The notes under the pieces were generated by a model that saw only the letters and a list, made by a program, of their open reading frames with translations, was not told the origin of the DNA and made no database searches. This document shows positions 62,598 through 64,000 of a stretch of 64,000 nt of DNA, in pieces; positions within the stretch are counted from its first letter, which is position 1; each line of letters opens with the position of its first letter. The stretch comes from Macrostomum hystrix (lineage: Eukaryota; Animalia; Platyhelminthes): positions 6,696,001 through 6,760,000 of the forward strand of contig CATNEN010000003.1 in the NCBI GenBank assembly GCA_950097015.1, in the 5' to 3' direction. The position numbers and the translations under genes are program-made.

Positions 62598-64000
62598 TCC
62601 CACACAATACCGATTCTTAAATACCGCACAATACCGATTCTTAAATCCCACACAATACCGATTCTTAAATACCGCACAATACCGATTCTTAAATCCCACA
62701 CAATACCGATTCTTAATCCCAAACTCAAATAAAAATCCTTAAATCCCTAAAAAAATACCATCAAAAAGATCCTAAACGCCATGAATTTTCAGACAGCCCA
62801 AACTAGACCATCTTCAAAGATCCCAAACTAGTCCATCTTCAAAGATCCCAAACTAGACCATCTTCAAAGATCCCAAACTAGTCCATCTTCAAAGATCCCA
62901 AACTGACCATCTTCAAAGATCCCAAACTAGACCATCTTCAAAGATCCCAAACTAGTCCATCTTCAAAGATCCCAAACTGACCATCTTCAAAGATCCCAAA
63001 CTAGTCCATCTTCAAAGATCCCAAACTAGACCATCTTCAAAGATCCCAAACTGACCATCTTCAAAGATCCCAAACTAGACCATCTTCAAAGATCCCAAAC
63101 TAGTCCATCTTCAAAGATCCCAAACTAGACCATCTTCAAAGATCCCAAACTGACCATCTTCAAAGATCCCAAACTAGACCATCTTCAAAGATCCCAAAAT
63201 AGACCATCTTCAAAAATCCCAAACTGACCATCTTCAAAGATCCCAAACTGACCATCTTCAAAGATCCCAAACTAGTCCATCTTCAAAGATCCCAAACTAG
63301 ACCATCTTCAAAGATCCCAAACTGACCATCTTCAAAGATCCCAAACTAGTCCATCTTCAAAGATCCCAAACTAGACCATCTTCAAAGATCCCAAACTGAC
63401 CATCTTCAAAGATCCCAAACTAGACCATCTTCAAAGATCCCAAACTAGTCCATCTTCAAAGATCCCAAACTGACCATCTTCAAAGATCCCAAACTAGTCC
63501 ATCTTCAAAGATCCCAAACTAGACCATCTTCAAAGATCCCAAACTGACCATCTTCAAAGATCCCAAACTAGACCATCTTCAAAGATCCCAAACTAGTCCA
63601 TCTTCAAAAATCCCAAACTAGACCATCTTCAAAGATCCCAAACTGACCATCTTCAAAGATCCCAAACTAGACCATCTTCAAAGATCCCAAACTAGACCAT
63701 CTTCAAAAATCCCAAACTGACCATCTTCAAAGATCCCAAACTGACCATCTTCAAAGATCCCAAACTAGTCCATCTTCAAAGATCCCAAACTAGACCATCT
63801 TCAAAGATCCCAAACTGACCATCTTCAAAGATCCCAAACTAGTCCATCTTCAAAGATCCCAAACTGACCATCTTCAAAGATCCCAAACTAGACCATCTTC
63901 AAAGATCCCAAACTAGACCATCTTCAAAGATCCCAAACTAGATCATCTTCAAAGATCCCAAACTAGTCCATCTTCAAAGATCCCAAACTAGACCATCTTC
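62598..64000. repeat. Two arrays (24/25-bp units) in the otubain intron
   Basis: cacaataccgattcttaaatc(c) at about 62600-62720, and cccaaactagaccatcttcaaagat from about 62797 to the window end. Confidence 0.93.

Noticed and set aside
1-64000. Consistent orientation of homogeneous versus degenerate array ends relative to transcription
   Set aside because: The direction is mixed among the arrays inspected.

Overview
Eukaryotic (metazoan) genomic DNA, not prokaryotic. GC-rich exons with poly-Gln/Ala/Pro tracts sit among AT-rich introns and spacers packed with more than 30 mostly unrelated minisatellite arrays, which suggests a macrostomid flatworm (Macrostomum-like); this is inference only. All recognisable genes lie on the minus strand. 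From right to left they are: the last exon of an otubain deubiquitinase; a complete 5-exon prospero/Prox homeobox gene (33821-48105); a tandem cluster of alanine aminotransferases (one pseudogene and two intact paralogues sharing a likely gene-conversion tract); a possible 180-aa orphan ORF; and a PXYLP1-like Golgi histidine phosphatase. Mobile DNA includes two hAT-type MITEs with 8-bp TSDs, two tRNA-derived CORE-like SINEs (one split by a solo LTR) and a 96-bp satellite built from the SINE core. Most long ORFs in the supplied track are artefacts of tandem repeats. The most notable observations are: (i) the phosphatase ORF has no Met of its own but begins in frame right after a strong splice acceptor, as expected if the flatworm spliced-leader terminal AUG supplies the start codon; (ii) almost every intron carries its own private tandem array, including one with about 18 perfect CRE palindromes in an ALT intron; (iii) a U12-like branch-site relic lies at the prospero intron just before the homeodomain.
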